A stretch of DNA of 63,937 nt, filler included, from Craspedostauros australis (Eukaryota): the NCBI GenBank assembly GCA_030167865.1. It is 5 parts of 5 records of this genome, joined end to end, with 100 filler letters (N's around TTAATTAATTAA, not from the genome) between each part and the next. Parts side by side here need not be neighbours in the genome. Positions count along the whole stretch, not along the records: positions 45,795 to 60,557 come from JALAGF010005646.1; 4 more parts are not named here. The stretch is one strand, 5' to 3'. A model generated the notes under the pieces. That model had not been told where the DNA came from and made no database searches. It was given only the letters and a program-made list of their open reading frames with translations. This document shows positions 46,741 through 59,404 of the stretch, one piece after another. The number at the start of each line of letters is the position of its first letter. The stretch's first letter is position 1. A program made the position numbers and the translations under genes.

Positions 46741-48706
46741 GCACCACAACAGAGTTCTCGTTTGGCCGCAATCAACGCAACACCAATCCGAAGCAAACAA
46801 CGTCAAAGTCTTCGGAAACAGAGAGAGCTGTCATCGTCGCCACCACCGCCGCCACCACCATGTGCACCATGGCCCACGCTTGCTTGCGTCATCGTGGCAT
46901 CTGCAAGACCNNTGACCCTCGTCCGCCTGCCATCGCAAGCACCAACTTGAGGTGTGAGCCAATGCCTCGAACAACCATGAAGCCACCGATGAAGCCACCA
47001 ATGTGACTGCCTTTGTTGATTGCCTTTGTTCGTTGCGACCCATCTCATTGGGATTTGGCTGGTTGCCATCCCACCGCATTGCAACCATCACCATCCGCGC
47101 GAACAACAAGAGTCCNNNNNNNNNNNNNNNNNNNNNNNNNNNNNNNNNNNNNNNNNNNNNNNNNNCGTCGCCACCACCGCCGCCACCACCATGTGCACCA
47201 TGGCCCACGCTTGCTTGCGTCATCGTGGCATCTGCAAGACCGCTGACCCTCGTCCGCCTGCCATCGCAAGCACCAACTTGAGGTGTGAGCCAATGCCTCG
47301 AACAACCATGAAGCCACCGATGAAGCCACCAATGTGACTGCCTTTGTTGATTGCCTTTGTTCGTTGCGACCCATCTCATTGGGATTTGGCTGGTTGCCAT
47401 CCCACCGCATTGCAACCATCACCATCCGCGCGAACAACAAGAGTCCTCCACATCAAACCAACACCACATTGCATATTGGGATGAGTTGGCACCTTCAGCA
47501 ATCAACATGCGGAGCGATACCGTGACGCCTCCGCTGTTCCTGCCGCACGGACCACCAGCATACAATACCATGCGTGTTCTATCCACAGGCAGAAGCACCG
47601 CCATCTTGGCTCGTGACTTCCAGAGCATCGATGCTCAACCGAGGCGATGGACAGGAACATCCGCCTCACGAACGAAGTTGGGAGCACCACGAAGGAGGAC
47701 ATATGGGTATACGGTGCGCATGGGCCATGGATCGCTGACCGTGTGCTTCTTGTACCATATGAAACTCTGTGTCAACCATGATCCGCAATACGGCACTCGC
47801 ACTCTGCATGGGGTTGCTCGTTGGTTGGTTGGTTCGTTGGTTTCTTCTTTTGCTCGTCAAGCTCTCTGGATGTTTGGACTGCGCTGTCTCGTCGGTTCTT
47901 GTCTTTCCGCCACACTGGCACTGGTCGCTTCGAAGATCGGCATGGATGGTGACCCTGGCATTTGTTGCTGTAACCGCGAGTGATTGCTCCTCCTGGGACT
48001 TGGTGAGGGCCTCGACTGCAGTTCTGGCATAATGGCAGGAGTGCAACTCATGGTGAGATGAGGACAATAGCGTGATACCGGACAGTCGATGGAATCGCGC
48101 AGCAATCATGCTCCTCGCGGCTTCCCATCATTTCTCTCTGCCTTGTTTGCCATGTGCGCTTCGTAGATCGTCTCTTCCACAAACTTGGATTGGCTGGCAT
48201 TGGCACTGTCGCTTTGAATCTGCTTGGCAGTGTGACTTCGAGTAGAGTGCTCTGTGTGCGAATCTGGCGGCACGGCGACGACCGCACGGCTTGTGAAAAT
48301 GCTGCTGCCATTCGTCCTTTGTCTGTGCAACGAACCAACAACGATGCTCATGGCGGAGTGTGGATGGAACCACGGACGTCCAATCTGGGAATGAATGACA
48401 TCAGCAACATCCCTGTGTGCGTTTGTGCCGCAGAGAGCGGACCAGACAAGTTGCAGACAAGGCAGAGGCAGCGTGGGAGCAGTATCCAGCCCTTCAATCT
48501 CTTGAAACATCTGGTGACTTCATCACAGCATTCTATTGCACGAGCAGATATAGTGCATGCGGTACTGTTCCAAACATACGTAGAGAAGTACAGTCTATTC
48601 GTAGGTGTATTACATACAGGGATGTGGATCTACCATACCTCTATGAGTATGATACGAATACGGAGCGGCCCCTCCATCTCATCCCATCCCATCATGTCGT
48701 GATGCA

Positions 48707-51036
48707 TCACAGGGTGGGAGTTTTGGTACCATTCGTCAAGCGATTGCGGTACTGAGACGCGCACTTGCTCCTGACCACTTTCTTTGGTGTGAGTTGCAGT
48801 GGTTTTGTGCCAGACAGCTTCTCATGGTAGACAGCATCGCGAGTTGACGATCTGCTTCGTCCACGGCGATTTGATTGAAGGGCCACGCGTGATGACGAAC
48901 GTTTGTTGCCATGTTGTTCTTTGCCATGGCGTTCCTTGCCATGCCGTCCATTTTCATCTCGCTCATTGCTGTGCCGTTCGACACTGCAATTTCGATATCC
49001 TCTTGATCTGCTTCGTGGTCGCGCCAATGGTGATCGTTCATCGGAGGACTTCCTTCGCTGATCTTCGCCACATGGTGTCGATTGGCTATGGCCACGTTGA
49101 TTTGGTCTTCGCGAACTTCCTCGGACATGCTTTCGAGAAGGTGAGCCCTTGCGCCGTTGCAAACCAGTACCAGTGGAGTGCACATTTGAGTTGGTTTCGC
49201 GTGAACTCGAGGCTGCGTTCATATCATCCGAACTGCCAGATGTTCGTTGTCGCCGTGATGATGGCGATGAGTCCATCGATACTTGCGCAGTTCTTCTACA
49301 ACAGCGATCGGATGGGCTTCGACGACTCCACGCTGCTGGCGAGCAGCGGCTTCTTCCAGAGGACGAAGTATGAATTGCTCCGTCGCGACGATGACGCAAT
49401 GATGGCGAATGCTCCACACTCTTTGATCTTGACGATGTTGAATGCAGCTTGCCGCTGGTGTGTTGTGCGCTTCTCCGCCGATGCCGTGGCGACGGTGATA
49501 TCCATGGTGATATCGATGGTGATGACACGTCTCTTGTTTTGCTGGAGTGGTGATGTCGGGGCCCATTGCCAAGCACCTTGGAGATCCTTTCCTTGATCGC
49601 CTCGCGCAGAGCACCCGTGCTTCGTCCGCGTGAACGTCATTGCATTGAGTCTTCACTTGGGCGCAACGAACTGCATGCGGATCTGTTGTGAGAAGGATCC
49701 CCTCGTTCCTTCTTGCTCGATTGCAATTCGATTCCCGAACTCAAGGCTCCAGGACTGGATGGGGCTTGGGGTGCGGCCGAGACACCTCCATGTTGGTGTT
49801 CGCGTTCGAACTGTTGAATATTGAGTTTGGATTTGGACTGTGATGATGACGCCTTTGCGGATACTTCAGTCAAGGCAAGATCGGCCAATTGCGATGGTCG
49901 GGATTCGAGAGATGGTCGTTGCTTCGATTTGGCAGGATTGGTCAACGACACTTCATGTAATGATGATGATTTGATCTTGAGGATGCTTGCCAACGTCGAC
50001 CTGCGCTTGTTCAACGACGAAGACTGTTGTCTCTCTTCATGTGTGCGGCTGAAGGGGGCTGGTGTAGATGCCGCACTCCGACCTCTAGGCCTGACAGGGG
50101 CCGCGAAGCTTCTCCCAACGTTCGTTGCAGCAGCACTTGTCGCAACGCCGATGCTGTCGTGGGGACTTGGCAGATTGGACAGTGGCTCCAGGCTCTTGCT
50201 GCGTGACGTCTCCGTTGTCGCAATTCGAGATAGAGCCGGGGTGCTGGCTGCACTCATCGCGCATGGTATGTCTGGTGTGTCTGATATGCCTGATGTGTCT
50301 GGCATGTTGTGTCTATCCTTCGAGAATTTCAAGAATTCCAAACTCTTGCTCTCCGATTTGTCGCTGCTGGTCGTTCCGTTGGAATTCGTTCTTGGCCTTG
50401 GCCTGCGTCTCCGACTCTGGGCAAGCCTCGTCTTGTCTTGGCTGCTTCGTTCGCTGGTTGCGCCGAGTGCTGGGGCTGTGGCGAAGCTGAGTCCATCTGG
50501 GGCGTTTGGCACCGGTATCGATTTGTTGTCGTTGAACTTGCTGGAATCAAGGGAGCCGAATGACATCTCGTGAGCTTGCATGTCGAGCATGTCCAGGCTC
50601 TTCGCACGTGATCGTTTCACAGCCGAAGCTTTCGCATCTTGTGCTGTACTTCTATTGGCCCTGCTTGGTGTATCTGTGCTGACACTTGCACGACAACCTG
50701 ATTTTGTAGTTGTGTCGGCCTCATTGGCGACGCTGGTGGGCCTGTTCGCCTTCAATTTCGTGTCAGTCTGTTGCGGTTGCTTGGTCTCCGTTTGTTTCTC
50801 TGCTATCAGTCTGACATCGTCCTCTTCCAGCAACTTCGATGGTCATGACCGCACGGGCTGTACGAAGGTTTGAATAGAGTATCAGGCTGGACGCTTGGCT
50901 GTGGCAACTCCCAAAGTAGATCGTACTCATGGAAGGTTCCATAGTAATACTCATAGTCGTAGGACGGGTAGGTCAAGGGTACGGAGCAACTGGCGAGCCT
51001 TCCCACAGTTCCTCTTGGATGTCGATGCTTTGTCAT
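48707..51036 (-). pseudogene. Disrupted gene for a Ser/Arg-rich low-complexity protein
   Basis: ORFs 49637-50833 and 48707-49576 share one frame, separated by a single TGA (49637-49639, 'MQ*RSRGRS'). Another in-frame TGA at 50843-50845 ('VQPVRS*PSK') and a probable frameshift upstream. The 5' limit is approximate. Confidence 0.6.
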
Positions 51037-52718
51037 CTTGTCTGACTGTTTGTGTTGGTGTTTTGTGTTGTTGTTAGTGGTACCAATTGTGAAGGGATAC
51101 GGCACTGTTGGAGGAGTCACCATCGCCATCGCCATCGCCAAACAGAGTTGCGTTGCACGAAGACAACGCATTGGTGATGTTGGTTGTGCGTGTTTGTGTG
51201 TGTCATTGGTTGAATGAACAACGGATGGCAGACAGACGAGTACTCAACAAACGCGCCAACAATTCTTGACACCACCCAAAACAACAAATCTTCGATTTTC
51301 CGACACGATCCATCGAACAACACCAACACAACAAGAGAGAGAGCAAGAGAGATGAAATGGCATGACTATGTTTGCATTGATGGAGGTATCAGCCAACAAT
51401 GAGGCGTTTTCCGTCAAGCAACAAAGAAATGAAGCAATGAAGTAATCAAGCAAGCAGCGGCTGCGCAAATATGGCACGCCAACCAGAATCAACGAAGGCG
51501 GCCATGGCAAGAGACGATGATGATGCCAATGATCATGCCGATGATGATGAATGGCGAGCGGCGACGAACAGCGATCTCAAACTTGTCGCATCGCTCAACA
51601 ACATCAGAAAGGAAGATGTCACACAAACTGCTCCGGATTAGAGAAGATCTTGGGGCATGGGAAATGGCAGCGCCAACAACAGTGCGAACGACAGTGCGAA
51701 CGACAACGGCAAGACATGTCATGGCCCATGGTGCGGTCTGGATTCAAGTCATCAGCAGCCGCGCGCACGCACATAAACGTACGATGCGTTGTCGGAAACG
51801 GAGATTCAGCTCATGTTGGACGGATGCATCTGTGAGATTGGACGCAGCGACTTTTCCCACACCTGCAGAACCAGATGTTCGGAGATGTTCCTCAGTCCCC
51901 ACTACACGCACCACAACCAGCCACGCCTGTTCATACCGATGCTCAAAGAGATACATCTCCACCACAAACCGCAAACGATGAGACAGAGGCACTGTCTTTT
52001 CAGATCGAAAATGAAAGAAATTGTGTGCCACTGCATCGGCAACTTCTCCCATTGCTCGTCATCTTTGTCGGCCATATCGAAAACCATGCAGCTGTTGGCA
52101 TGCGCTTGTGCCCTGCGCAATATCATGCACGAACTGCACCACCACCACCAACAACAACAACAAGGTACTGTCGCAATACGCTTCACTTCATCAAGTTGGA
52201 TTCGAGTCCAACAAGCCATGCATGACGCCCGCGGGGTCCGCCGTCGTTTCCCACACAACTCCTTCCACACCCACGAAACCAACAAACGCGGAAACTGTAT
52301 GATCAGCATCGACGATCACGACGATGACAGCGGTGGCTGAACCATCGTCTTCATGTCGCATTGGCCAATGATGCTGCACACCAACGTGCCCTACGCCAAC
52401 CGGGATCATCTGCAATTCATGCACAGAAGATCATGCGTATCTCACGGTTCAGCCGGACCATGCTGCAAACGACACGGGAGTGCATGTAGCAGCATGCTGC
52501 GCGCATCACCAAAAGCGACAGTCAAGGCATGCCGGACGTACCATTGAATGAATCGATCATCAATTGCTCTGGCTCCTTTCACACAGTTGCTATCCTAATG
52601 ACTATTCTGATGACTAGTTTTATCCATCAACTCAATTTCGCCATGCGTTCATTTCTCGAAGACTGCTGTTATGGTGCTGTATAGTATGGTATGGCATGAT
52701 ATAGAATGGTCTGGCGCT

Positions 52719-55004
52719 TCATTCCTCTTGTTCAACAGCGCCGTCCGTCTCGATTGCTTTGGACGATTTGGTACTCATAGAGCGCACGAAGTGCACCAAT
52801 GTCGCCCGATTCATGTATGAGTCCACTTGTGTTGTACTCTCGTCCTCATCGACAGCCTTGTACAGCTCTATCATGGACATGTGGCTGTACTTGTCATCAA
52901 TGCCATCACTCTCCATTCTTCCACTGCAAAACACCTGGGTCTCCGTCATCAGTTGCTGGTGTAGAATCAGCTTGCTGAAATCTGGATGAGTGAACATATC
53001 TTTCTCACTTTCAGCTGCCACTCTCATTGCTGCATCCTTCAATATTGTGCAGTTTTGTTGATCGGCAAATATCAACGCATCTATCACGCTGTCCTCTGTG
53101 AGATACTTGTGGGCCAACTCTTCTTCAAGAACAAGCTTGAGTTGCCAGAGGCCGAACTTGTTGGCCACAAGGATCAACTGTTGCAGATCGTCCTGTCCAG
53201 TGAGGGCTGGAGTTGGCTGGTTTGCGTCATCATCGTCACTGTCGTCATGAGTGTTGTTGTTGAAGGACATCTCACCTGTGTAGATGCATTGGAGGACGTG
53301 TCGGACGTATTTTGGCTGAAGGTTGGGAAGAGGGATGGTTGTTTGGATGGGTTCAGCTCCATCGTGAGCGCCATCGTGAGCGCATTGATTTTGGATTCCA
53401 GAGTTGATCAGTGTCTCAATGGTTGGGACGGTCATCATGAGGACTTCGGAGTTTGCCTTGATTGCTTGTTGTTGGTCGCCCTGTCCACACAAGAAGATGG
53501 TGTCTGCCCTGTTCTCGGTTTGGAAGGATCTGAGCCGGTCTTCTCCAATGCTGATGTTGGTCCTCTTGTAGGTACTGTGTTTGTGTTTATTCTCTTGCTT
53601 CTTCCACTTCGACTGCTGTCCCAACTGTCGCTGGAATTCTTCATTATCTTGTTCCTTCTGCTTCTTCTCGTCCTCCTCTCGTTCCAACTGTTGTCGCAAT
53701 TGTTCATTCTCTTGCTCGTTCCACTTCAACTGCTGTCCCAACTGTTCTTGTGGCTGTTCATTCTCTTGTTCCTTCTGTTTCTTCTCTTCCTCCTCCCGTT
53801 CCAGCTGTTGGTGCAATTGTTCAATCTCTTGCTCCTTCCGCTTCAACTGCTGTCCCAACTGTTGCTGCAGTTGTTCATTCTCTTGCTCCTTCTGTTTCTT
53901 CTCGGCCTCCTCCCGTTCCAGCTGTTGTTGCAATTGTTCAATCTCTTGCTCTTTCCGCTTCACCTGCTGTTGCAATTGTTCATTCTCTTGCTCCTTCCGC
54001 TTCAACTGCTGCCCCAACTGTTGTTGCAGCTGTTCATTCTCTGGCTCGTTCTGTTGTAAGCGTTGGTGCAGTTGTGGGTTGAGGTGCCCGGGACGCTTCA
54101 TGATCAATCTCTTGATTTCGGTCTGATGTTCTGCATCGATCAAATCGAGCGGTGTTTGGTTGTAGTTGTTTTGGATGTCGATATCGGCATTGGCTGATAC
54201 AATGAGGTACTTCATGCATTCAGAACGGCTGTTGGAGCATGCCCAATGAAGGGGAGTGGCACCACCTTCTTCTTTGCAGTTGGCATCAGCCTCGCATGAT
54301 TCGATGAGGTACTTCACACACTGCAGGTGGCCGTTGGAGCATGCCACATGAATTGGAGTGACACCATTGTTGTTTGTGCAGTTGGCGTTGGCCCCACATG
54401 AGTCGATGAGGTGCTTGACACAGTTCAGGTGGCCGTTAATGCATGCCCAATGAAGGGGAGCCCAGCCATCTTCTTCTTTGCAGTTGGCGTCGGTCCCACA
54501 TGAGTTGATGAGGTACTTGACACATTCCAGCTTGCCGTTCATGCACGCCTGATGAAGGGGAGTGGCACCACCATCTTCTTTGCAGTTGGCGTCGGCCCCA
54601 CATGATTTGATGAGGTACTTGACACACTTCAGGTGGCCGTTAATACATGCCCAATGAAGGGGAGCCCAACCATTGGCAGCTTTGCAGTTGGCATCGACCC
54701 CACATGATTTGATGAGGTACTTGACACACTTCAGGCGGCCATTGTAACATGCCTTATGGAGGGGAGTGGAACCATTGTTGTCTCTGCAGTTTACGTCGGC
54801 CCTGCATGATCCAATGAGGTACTTGACACACTCCAGGTGACCATGTTTGCATGCCCAATGAAGGGGAGTGACACCATTCTCGTGCTGAACATTAATATCA
54901 ACTTCTTTCTTGTTCTTCTTGTTCTGCTTCTTCCATTTCTTCAACACCAACAAAGCGCCTGCCTTGGCAGCATCAAGGAGTTGTTCGTTCGTAACATTCG
55001 TCAT
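52719..55004 (-). CDS. Ankyrin-repeat, Q/E coiled-coil, BTB/POZ (SPOP-like) protein
   Basis: Seven 34-aa repeats 'G.(T/A)PLH.AC.NG.L.CVKYLI.SC..D.NC' plus caps, then a repeated Q/E/K linker. BTB 'ADTIFLC...IKANSEVL...VLQCIYTGE...LILVANKFGLWQLKL..E' and BACK-like 'LIFADQQNCTILKDAAM'. Confidence 0.92.
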   Translation of the reverse strand: MTNVTNEQLLDAAKAGALLVLKKWKKQNKKNKKEVDINVQHENGVTPLHWACKHGHLECVKYLIGSCRADVNCRDNNGSTPLHKACYNGRLKCVKYLIKSCGVDANCKAANGWAPLHWACINGHLKCVKYLIKSCGADANCKEDGGATPLHQACMNGKLECVKYLINSCGTDANCKEEDGWAPLHWACINGHLNCVKHLIDSCGANANCTNNNGVTPIHVACSNGHLQCVKYLIESCEADANCKEEGGATPLHWACSNSRSECMKYLIVSANADIDIQNNYNQTPLDLIDAEHQTEIKRLIMKRPGHLNPQLHQRLQQNEPENEQLQQQLGQQLKRKEQENEQLQQQVKRKEQEIEQLQQQLEREEAEKKQKEQENEQLQQQLGQQLKRKEQEIEQLHQQLEREEEEKKQKEQENEQPQEQLGQQLKWNEQENEQLRQQLEREEDEKKQKEQDNEEFQRQLGQQSKWKKQENKHKHSTYKRTNISIGEDRLRSFQTENRADTIFLCGQGDQQQAIKANSEVLMMTVPTIETLINSGIQNQCAHDGAHDGAEPIQTTIPLPNLQPKYVRHVLQCIYTGEMSFNNNTHDDSDDDDANQPTPALTGQDDLQQLILVANKFGLWQLKLVLEEELAHKYLTEDSVIDALIFADQQNCTILKDAAMRVAAESEKDMFTHPDFSKLILHQQLMTETQVFCSGRMESDGIDDKYSHMSMIELYKAVDEDESTTQVDSYMNRATLVHFVRSMSTKSSKAIETDGAVEQEE
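53580..54060 (-). repeat. Coding tandem repeats forming the coiled-coil linker
   Basis: Alternating 'QENEQLQQQLGQQLKRKE' and 'QEIEQLQQQLEREEEEKKQKE' units, DNA period about 117 bp. Confidence 0.85.
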
Positions 55005-55310
55005 TTCGAGAGGATGGTCGATGGCTACTGGACGATTGACGTTGGACGATTGGTGTTGGATTGGTTGTCGAGGAAGTGTGTCATTCGAGCCTCCGATGGC
55101 CGAGATATCGATCGTGTGTCAGCACTAGCTTGTATTCGTGCGATCATCCTATCGTACGCTGTGTGATGAATATGAGTGGCGATTCGATGTCTGTTGTTGA
55201 TGTGCTCGAGTATGGGATCGAGTGGTGTGTGTTGTTGTCTTGGTGTCGTGTTTGCATGGCGTTCTCTACTTCTCTTTCTTTTTGTTTGTGTTTGCCTCCT
55301 CTTGTTCGCA
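55005..55310 (-). promoter_or_regulatory. Upstream region conserved between the two ankyrin paralogs (matches about 46322-46640)
   Basis: Collinear shared blocks such as 'gagaggatggt', 'gacgttggacg', 'gagatatcgat', 'tacgctgtgtgatgaata' and 'gagtatggg.tcgagtg'. Confidence 0.7.
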
Positions 55311-55575
55311 TCCCTCTCTGGGACACCCGGCAAGATGGGTCGAATTAGTCCATCATGGCAATAACTGACCCAGCCAATCAAAACTTGTTATCTTGGAAAT
55401 GACATTTTTTTCTGCGATAAGAAAGTTCTCGACTCCAACTTTCGTTCGTTGGAACTCTTCGTGGGTCATATCTCACAGTTTCATTTATGGGGGAATCATG
55501 GAGAAACTCCGAAAATGACTCTACAATAATGTGCCTTGATTTAATCCCGAGCAGTCGTGCGAAAACTTTATCTAT

Positions 55576-55755
55576 GATTTATTTATCCGTCATTCGATTT
55601 ATTTATCCGTCATTCGAAAATAATATCCGTCATTCGATTTATTTATCCGTAATTCGAAAATAATATCCGTCATTCGATTTATTTATCCGTCATTCAAAAA
55701 TAATATCCGTCACTCGATTTATTTATCCGTCATTAGATTTATTTAGCTATCATTC
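55576..55755. repeat. 20-bp minisatellite, 9 units of two alternating variants
   Basis: A = GATTTATTTATCCGTCATTC, B = GAAAATAATATCCGTCATTC, order A A B A B A B A A'. Confidence 0.95.
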
Positions 55756-56913
55756 CTTTGTCTTCACGGGACACGCCACTTGGCTCAACTGACTAGATCG
55801 ACTAAACAAGGTTCTCGCCACATCGGGATCGACAAAGCGGGAACAGACCAACAGGCCACCAATGCAAAGGCGGGCGCGATGAGAGCGACACATGGCGGTC
55901 GCGCGTTGGTTTGGGACGGCCAAACCATGCGAAACGACTTCACAACATCAAGTATCAACATAGTGTAGCGAACGCGATACAAACGCAATACAAACCGATG
56001 CACGCATGTGTTGCTTCCCATGTCGCTTTAGACCAGAGTGATGGCATGCTCGTTTCGTCTGTTCTGCACTTGGCTTTGCGGCATCAGTGAAGGTGTCTCC
56101 CTGTTCGAAGAGTAGTCGCATTGTGTTTCTCTGTGCATTGCTCACAAATCTTCCCGTCCACAAGAAGCCATCGCCATGAGATTCCCCCCGCCCCATCCTT
56201 CCTCCTTCCAACAAAGCAAGGCTGCTGGCACGAGTGGCAGCAATGCCATTCCAATGGCTCCATCTCCCTCTTCCTCTTCCATTCTGCCTTGCAACAACTT
56301 CCTCGGTCACACCCCAGCAACCGCAACTGTCAGCCATCGCGCATCGCTCACCCCCACCCAGCACAACAGCAACCTCAACTTTGGCAATCGTCCGGCTCCT
56401 ATCAACACGCATGCCAAGTTCAACAACGCGATGAAGGCGATTAGCCCTGCTTTCTTTGGTCTCCCTCATGGCCACTTTTTCGACCTGAAAAGGGGACACT
56501 TCAAGAGCGAAGAGGACAACAACGCCGAGCTCTCATTTCGTGCTGCTATTGCAGCAATTGACAAGCTCGTCAACATGAAATCGCTCGTTGCGTTCTATCT
56601 TGATGGCTGCCTCTCAGGCATCTGTTTCATGTGCAGCCACATCTCGTGGTTGTTGGCATACACTGCATTCCTGTTGTTCGTGCACCTCATCGTGGTCGCA
56701 AAAACTCTCGTGTTCGCAGTGTCCTCGGTGTGGGGGATGGCCAACACAGCGAAACTCACAACGACGAACAACCACAACGCGAGCAATTGACGCAACCACC
56801 ACAACAACGAGCGAAAATTCCATTCGTGGATACATCGAAGAATCACACAAGTCTAATAACACTAGGAAGAGTCTATTATTGAAGAACTACTATTGCCTAC
56901 TAGTCAGTGTTTA

Positions 56914-57443
56914 TCATTTGTTGGTCATTGATTGTGCTTGCTTGCGCTTGATTGCGAGATGATTCTTGAACTTCTGCAGCTTGACTTGCTGGTAGATGTG
57001 CTGCTTGAACTGTTTTGCACCGAAAGCAGCATACTCTGGTCGACTTGCCTGGAATTCAGATGGTGTCATGTGGAGGTGCTTGTTCATTTTGACGTCAAAG
57101 GAAAGCAGATCTTTCGCAGGGGACAAGTGCATCACTGGTCTGCCTTGGTTGTTGCGCCGTTCCTCGGGGTGAATGTTACGGTCGTGGTCCAATGCGCGCT
57201 CTTCGCGCGCAGAGCGTTCTCGCTGTTTTTTTTTAGTCGTGCGTGGAACGTCTTGAAGTATTTCTCGAAGACGGCCTGCGTCATCCCGTCCACTTTGAAT
57301 TGCGGAAACATGCTGTAGTACTCCCATGCTGTAGCAGGTGCCAAATCCTCGGCATGGAATACACCTCCAACGTCAAAGTCATCTTTCATCATTGCGCTGG
57401 CTGCGCTGTTGCGCCACTTGAACTTTGGTGCATTTGCCGCCAT
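56914..57443 (-). CDS. Small unknown protein with an internally duplicated helical domain, split by a -1 frameshift at an A9 run (57226-57234)
   Basis: ORF 57443-57132 ('KWRNSAASAMMKDDF...P...FPQF...FEKYF') and ORF 57327-56914 ('HLSPAKDLLSFDV...P...SRPEYAAF...FKQHI') overlap at the homopolymer and resemble each other. Confidence 0.65.
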
Positions 57444-58129
57444 TGTTTCAATTGTGTGCCAACGATGATGATGGCAGCTTCTCTACTACTCAGCGTACAC
57501 ATCAAGAACGGCACGAGAAATGAACACACTCATACACCCCGCCTTATATCTACTAGTACTGTCATTGCTTTCGCACGCTGGGCCGGATGCCGTTGTTGTT
57601 GTTCGTTGAAATATCACCTACAGACCTCTTCTGCTACACAAATCAGCATAGAACGGCCGGCTGGCGATGTTGTGACCGTTTTGTCGGAGTCGTGTTTGAA
57701 TTTCGTGCCGGACAGGCTACAAACTAGAGGCTCACATGGTGCAACGTAGCGTGCACAATGTTCAAAAATGCAAGAGCTCCTCGCAAGCATCGACACACAC
57801 AAACAACTGCAATATGTGCAACAAAGCAAGTCATTATCTACATACTATGCATCTGATTGTAGCACCATTGCTCTCTCTAGACTTTGTGGCTGCAGACGAT
57901 TTGTATGTTGGCGCGCATCCATTCTGGAGACCGCGCTGATCATTCGGACGCCGCCAAACATCTGAAAGAGAAACAGACCAACCTGCTCAATGGATGAAGA
58001 CAATGTTGTGTTGTGTGTACCAATATAGAGTAGTGCTGCTATGGCATCACATCAGGCAAACACAGCGCCATCGCAACACTTGTGTTCACGCGCTTCGAAC
58101 AACCACCATCGGCTCACAATCTACGAGCA

Positions 58130-59404
58130 ATGCAAATGTACACCGTCGACAATCTCCCAAGCACGAGTAAGTCTCTGTCTATGCAGATTGCGTCTGCTGT
58201 CGAGCGTTCAGGCAAGACGCGAAACCAGATCAGATTCGCAACAGACATCTGTGACAAGCAACCAGCTCTGTTCGGTGAACCTGGTGATCAGCTTCGTGCC
58301 TTCAGCAGGCGGGTGTTCGATAACCTGAAGAGGCGGAGTACCAAGAGCTACTTTTCATTTCTCCGAAACAACGACATCACACCAGGCTGAGGATCTCTTG
58401 CTGAATTGGCGCATCATTGGAACGCCCATCCTTGTGTTGGCGATTTCTGTGGTCGTGTGAGTGATCTCTCACTACAAACGCCCTTTGTCCGTTTTGCACC
58501 AACTCGTGTGTCGCCACCTCACAAGCCGAATGCCAACCCTGCCTATCCACAGCCAACAGCACCAACAACAAACATGAAGTTCAACTCTGACGGCCTCGCC
58601 AAGCCACTTGGTATCTTCGGGAGTCCACAAACCAAGCCTCCGAAGGCAGAGATCGAACTCCCAGATCGCGTTGGGTCTGCATCGAACGCATCAAACGCAT
58701 CCACCGAGTCGTCCATGAGCGACGAAGACAACAACTCTTCCACCAGTCGCCCAAGCGATGACGCCTTCCACGCCTTGTTCGCGCGGAAGGAAAATGGAAC
58801 AGCGACGAACCCGTACACTGTCGCGATCAACCACGAGTCTCCAGAACGCAATCGCGAATTCCTTGTTGACTTCATCAACGACATCGGCGTCACAAATGGC
58901 AATTTCGCAGGCTTTCATGTCCGTGTTCCTTGCGCCCTGCAGGATGTCAACTTGTGGAGTGCTGAGATCCCAACTCACATTCCTGGCATTGCGCATCGTT
59001 CTCTGATGATCCGCGGCCCAAGCGTGAATGCCTGGATGTGTCGCGACGAGGCATTTTACTGCCACGACGAAGCCGCAGGAACAGCACAGACCGCCCTCTC
59101 TGCCACTGTCGCGAAAGTCCAAGCCTCTCCGGTTCGCAAGTTCTCTTTCTGGTTGCTGATCTTTCCGTCTGACATCAGCCTTGATCTCGCTTTGACCACC
59201 AAACATGGTGACAACGCGATTGAGACCAACTGCTCTGTGCGTGACATGGTGGTCACCGAAGGTGATCAAGCGTTCACGATCCATGGTGCGGTTGCCTACT
59301 GGAAGCTCGTGTTGGCAGGTGGTCGTGTGACGCACCAACCAGAGAAGAAGAACGCTGGCTTCTACTTGAGCAGATTGACCGCGAAAGGTGACGAAACGGC
59401 TTAA
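58130..59404 (+). pseudogene. Unknown ~424-codon protein with one in-frame TGA at 58388-58390
   Basis: ORFs 58082-58390 and 58406-59404 share one frame with no other stop. N-terminal helical 'ICDKQPALFGEPGDQLR', an S/P linker, then a beta-rich domain 'GTATNPYTVAINHESPERNREF...GFHVRV...WSAEIP...LMIRGPS'. Confidence 0.65.

Noticed and set aside
46835..47446. ~280-bp direct repeat
   Set aside because: Identical copies either side of an N gap; assembly artefact.
55576..55755. CRISPR-like array
   Set aside because: No unique spacers, units are directly tandem, no cas genes, and the context is eukaryotic.
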